A stretch of DNA of 64,000 nucleotides from assembly GCA_965226055.1 (NCBI GenBank), contig CBDDCA010000005.1, positions 288,001 through 352,000 on the forward strand. The letters are read 5' to 3'. The stretch is from Spirochaetia bacterium. Lineage in GTDB: Bacteria; Spirochaetota; Spirochaetia; WTKD01; G963693115. Position numbers and translations under genes: made by a program. The notes under the pieces were generated by a model. It was not told the origin of the DNA. It worked only from the letters and a program-made list of their open reading frames with translations, and did no database searches. This document shows, in pieces, positions 60,353-64,000 of the stretch. The stretch's first letter is position 1, and the number at the start of each line of letters is the position of its first letter.

Positions 60353-62296
60353 CTACTGTGATAGCAATGCTAAAAATTCATCTTCTGATATGATAGCCAC
60401 TCCCTTCTCTTTTGCATCTTTCATTTTTGATGAAGTACTTGTCTCACTATTGGTAACAAGGTAGCTGAGATCTTCACTTACCGTATTTTTTACTATACCG
60501 CCTTGTTTTTTCACTAAATCTTGTAGCTGCTTACGAGGTGCACTCAAAGTTCCTGTAAAACAAAATGACATATTACTGATTGCGGTTGTTACTACTGTTG
60601 GAGTTTCAATATTCACTATCTGTGCTACATCTATAATCTCTTCTTTTAGGTACTGCATTGCCTCAATAATATTTTTGGCAAGCACCGCTCCTATGTTTTC
60701 TATACTTTCTAGCTGTTCCACTGTTGCAGAAAACATATCATCAATACTATGAAAAATACCTGTACGCACTATACTTTCACTGGATAATAACGCTATGCCA
60801 TCTATCCCTAACGATGCAATAAAATGTGCAAGAGAAACACTTTTTTTACTATGCATAGCATTATACAGTTTTTCTGCAAGAGGCTTTGCTACACGATCCA
60901 ATTTCATAAGAGCATCAACAGAAAGTCGATACAAATCTCCTATTTTATGTACTAACGATTGTTTTAATACCAATGTATGTACAAGAGTATCTCCCCAGTA
61001 CGGTATTTCATGTATCTGTATCCAACGCTTAATACGAAATAAAAGCCTTTTTCTGCATTGTACATTAGGACAAAATACCGTAGTGCCATCACTTTGTATA
61101 GTTGCTCCACATACTTCGCATATCGTGGGTAAGGTAATATCCATAAGCCCTTCAGCATTATGCACTACCTTTTCCACCTTTGGAATAATCTCCCCACGTT
61201 TTGCTACCATAACCTCACTCCCAATTTTTAAGCCTAGCTCTTTTATATGATTAGGATGTACTAGGTTAGCACGTTTCACTATTGTACCAGCAAGTGGTAC
61301 AGGATCTAACAATGCAATAGGAGTGTACAGATGCCCCGAAGCACTCCATTCAACCCCTTTTAGTTTTGTTACTTGCTGTTCAAGGGGAAATTTATACGCA
61401 AGCTGTCTATCTGGCAAGAGGCTACTCATATCTATTTTACTGTACTCACACATCTTTATCACCAAGCCATCAATATCGTAGCCTATGTTTTCCCTTGTTT
61501 GTATTGTTGAAGTTCGTAAGCTATCAATAGATGCCTCATCTTCATACACCCAATACGGAACTACGATAAAGCCTAAAGCCTTCAATAGCTCCAGTTTATC
61601 CTTTTCATTTGATAAAGAATACTGAGTAACAGCTTCCCATTGTTTCTGCTCTTCATCACTAAACCAAATATCATAGCACATACACTGCAGCAACTCTACA
61701 TACACACCATTTTTTTTCTTCATAATGCCATTTGCAGCATTACGACAGTTTGCTTTTGTGTTCTCTGAAGAAGAAAAATGTTTCTTAAATACTTGATGCG
61801 TCATTATCACTTCACAGCGAACTGCACAAGTCATATCATAGGAAAGAGAACGGAGTACTCCTTGCATATTACGAGCATTCATCAAAATATCATCGCCAAT
61901 TTTCCCATCGCCACGAGATACTGCTGCACTGAGTGTTCCTTTCTCATACTGAAGCTCTAAACTTGCACCATCAAGTTTATACTCTACAACATAGTGTGAA
62001 CTTGGATGCTTTGCTACCCATGCCTTAAACTGATGAGAATCAGCTGCCTTTGATAAACTTCCCATTGGCATAATATGCTGTTTTTTAGGAAAAAATTCAC
62101 TGCTATCTTTTCCTACTTCTTTTAGTATCGCGTTGCTAGGATCAAGGCTACGCAATCTGTCCCACAAAGCGTCAAAATCACTATCAGAAATTTCTGAGAC
62201 TCCATTATAATACATCTCTTGATGTTTCTTTATCTGAACAACAAGAGTTTCAATCGTCTGTTGTTTCTCCTTATTTTGCTGTTTTTTGTCTTGCAT
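60353..62296 (-). CDS. ligA: NAD-dependent DNA ligase
   Basis: KLDG, RGDG..G, DGLVIK, AYKF, Zn-finger cysteines and C-terminal BRCT. Confidence 0.96.
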   Translation of the reverse strand: MQDKKQQNKEKQQTIETLVVQIKKHQEMYYNGVSEISDSDFDALWDRLRSLDPSNAILKEVGKDSSEFFPKKQHIMPMGSLSKAADSHQFKAWVAKHPSSHYVVEYKLDGASLELQYEKGTLSAAVSRGDGKIGDDILMNARNMQGVLRSLSYDMTCAVRCEVIMTHQVFKKHFSSSENTKANCRNAANGIMKKKNGVYVELLQCMCYDIWFSDEEQKQWEAVTQYSLSNEKDKLELLKALGFIVVPYWVYEDEASIDSLRTSTIQTRENIGYDIDGLVIKMCEYSKIDMSSLLPDRQLAYKFPLEQQVTKLKGVEWSASGHLYTPIALLDPVPLAGTIVKRANLVHPNHIKELGLKIGSEVMVAKRGEIIPKVEKVVHNAEGLMDITLPTICEVCGATIQSDGTTVFCPNVQCRKRLLFRIKRWIQIHEIPYWGDTLVHTLVLKQSLVHKIGDLYRLSVDALMKLDRVAKPLAEKLYNAMHSKKSVSLAHFIASLGIDGIALLSSESIVRTGIFHSIDDMFSATVEQLESIENIGAVLAKNIIEAMQYLKEEIIDVAQIVNIETPTVVTTAISNMSFCFTGTLSAPRKQLQDLVKKQGGIVKNTVSEDLSYLVTNSETSTSSKMKDAKEKGVAIISEDEFLALLSQ

Positions 62297-63179
62297 AGAG
62301 TGGGTGTATTTTCCTTCTTATATTTTCATAATCTTCCCCTGCATGATAACTAGAACGTACAAGAGGAGCCGAGTCACAATGCAAAAATCCCCGTGAGAGA
62401 GCTTCTTGTTTTAGCTCTTCAAATTCTTTTGGTGTCCAATATTTTTGTACTGGAAGATGTTGTTTTGTAGGCTGTAGATATTGTCCTAAATTGACTATTG
62501 AAACATGATGAGATCTCAGATCATCAAGTGTCTGCACAACTTCTTCTCTCGTCTCACCAAGCCCTAGCATAATACTTGATTTTACAGGAATATCGGGCGA
62601 CTTTGTATAGGAATACCCCAATACCTCAAGAGAACGCTGATAGGAAGAACGTGAACGTACAAGAGGAGTAAGACGTTCTACTGTTTCAACATTATGGCTC
62701 ATAATATTTGGAAAAGACTCAAGTACTACATCTATTGAAGCATATTTTCCCATAAAATCTGAAGTAAGCAGCTCAACGCTACATTGGGGGGCTCTTTTTC
62801 GTATAGCGTGTACTGTATTAGCTACTATTTTTGCTCCCCCATCAGGTAACTCATCTCTGTTTACCATTGTAATCACCACATGAGATAACTGAAGTGTTTT
62901 CACCGATTCTGCTACACGAATAGGCTCTAACTCATCTATACCTGATGGGAGGCCTGTTTTTACAGAACAAAAGCGACAACGACGGGTACAGGTATCCCCT
63001 AAAATCATAAATGTAGCGGTACCATGCTGTCCCCAGCACTCATGAATATTAGGGCAACGTGCTTCTTCACATACTGTATTAAGCCTCTTTCCTTTTACAA
63101 GTGATTTTATAAAATGAAAATTCTTATTAGTACCTAATCCTACTTTTAGCCAATCAGGTTTTTTTTGCAACTGCTTCAC
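62271..63179 (-). CDS. lipA: Lipoyl synthase
   Basis: KPDWLK, CEEARCPNIHEC, CTRRCRFC and RSSY motifs. Start set at GTG 63179 because the longer ORF overlaps prfA. Confidence 0.95.
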   Translation of the reverse strand: MKQLQKKPDWLKVGLGTNKNFHFIKSLVKGKRLNTVCEEARCPNIHECWGQHGTATFMILGDTCTRRCRFCSVKTGLPSGIDELEPIRVAESVKTLQLSHVVITMVNRDELPDGGAKIVANTVHAIRKRAPQCSVELLTSDFMGKYASIDVVLESFPNIMSHNVETVERLTPLVRSRSSYQRSLEVLGYSYTKSPDIPVKSSIMLGLGETREEVVQTLDDLRSHHVSIVNLGQYLQPTKQHLPVQKYWTPKEFEELKQEALSRGFLHCDSAPLVRSSYHAGEDYENIRRKIHPLYARQKTAK

Positions 63180-63204
63180 ATATATATTATAATAGATAAT
63201 TAAG

Positions 63205-64000
63205 ATGTTATACAAAGAACTTTTACCTAAAATTGAAGAAGCTCTTCAAAAGCTCCCTGAGCTTACTAAAAAAGCCTCTGATTCTGATTTAATCAAAAAT
63301 AAAAGTGAATACCGCAAGGTATTACAAGAATATACTCAGCTCAACGAATTACAATCAGTAAATCAAGAATACTTAAAAATAGAACAGGAACTACAAGAAG
63401 CACAACTTATTCAAAATGCTGGCGATGAAGAAATGGAAGCTCTTATTAAAGAGGAAATAATAACACTGGAACAAAAAAAAGAAATGCTTTTTACAAAAAT
63501 CCGTGAACTTGTCATACCCGTCAATCCCCTTGATAGCAAAGGAATTATTATAGAAATTCGTGCAGGCACAGGAGGAGAAGAAGCGGGGTTGTTTGTGGCA
63601 GATCTGTTTAGAATGTATTCACGGCATGCTGAAATTCTTAAATGGAAACTTGAAATTATTGATAGCAATCCTACAGGCATTGGTGGTTACAAAGAGATTG
63701 TATTTTCTATAAATAACTCAAGCTATGGAATATTTAAGTATGAAAGTGGAGTACATCGTGTACAACGTATTCCTAGCACCGAAAGCGGAGGGCGTATACA
63801 TACCTCTGCAGTGACAGTAGCAGTACTTCCAGAAGTAGAAGAAGCCGAAGTTATCATAAAAAACGAAGATTTACGCATAGATGTCTATCGTTCATCAGGT
63901 CCGGGCGGACAAAGTGTAAACACCACCGACTCAGCAGTGCGAATTACCCATCTACCTACAAATATTGTCGTAAGCTGTCAAGACGAGAAAAGTCAACACA
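63205..64000 (+). CDS. prfA: Peptide chain release factor 1 (3' end lies outside the window; not in the ORF track)
   Basis: Manual translation gives [30 protein letters not shown] (PxT motif) and [17 protein letters not shown]. Confidence 0.95.
   Translation, partial: MLYKELLPKIEEALQKLPELTKKASDSDLIKNKSEYRKVLQEYTQLNELQSVNQEYLKIEQELQEAQLIQNAGDEEMEALIKEEIITLEQKKEMLFTKIRELVIPVNPLDSKGIIIEIRAGTGGEEAGLFVADLFRMYSRHAEILKWKLEIIDSNPTGIGGYKEIVFSINNSSYGIFKYESGVHRVQRIPSTESGGRIHTSAVTVAVLPEVEEAEVIIKNEDLRIDVYRSSGPGGQSVNTTDSAVRITHLPTNIVVSCQDEKSQH

Noticed and set aside
63180-63215. Longer lipA N-terminus ([12 protein letters not shown]) from the ORF track
   Set aside because: It would overlap the prfA start on the opposite strand and reads through AT-rich promoter sequence.

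Overview
AT-rich bacterial chromosome segment, most likely a spirochaete. This is inferred from the long-form GreA, the rpsO-pnp-dut-lptFG-murJ-HEAT synteny, rpsT-HU-lnt and the flgF-flgG-flgJ rod cluster; repeat-rich surface proteins hint at a host-associated lifestyle. No rRNA, tRNA, CRISPR array, integrase, transposase or reverse transcriptase was found. Housekeeping genes alternate with small accessory insertions. The most striking system is a family of four DUF285/BspA-like surface lipoproteins that share a tip and a Cys-bearing neck but carry stalks of nested length. One is frameshifted OFF by a G12 tract in its signal peptide, and another has a T21 tract next to its promoter and is bracketed by a 52-bp direct repeat. 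Also notable are an NqrBCDEF operon lacking NqrA, two FRG-TPR paralogues with recent repeat amplification, a tandem gene pair carrying a synonymous-only second copy of the apt 3' end, a hairpin array behind a NYN ribonuclease gene, and many apparently leaderless genes. A rubredoxin and a partial prfA missing from the ORF track were added. All calls come from reading the sequence and recognising motifs; no searches were run.
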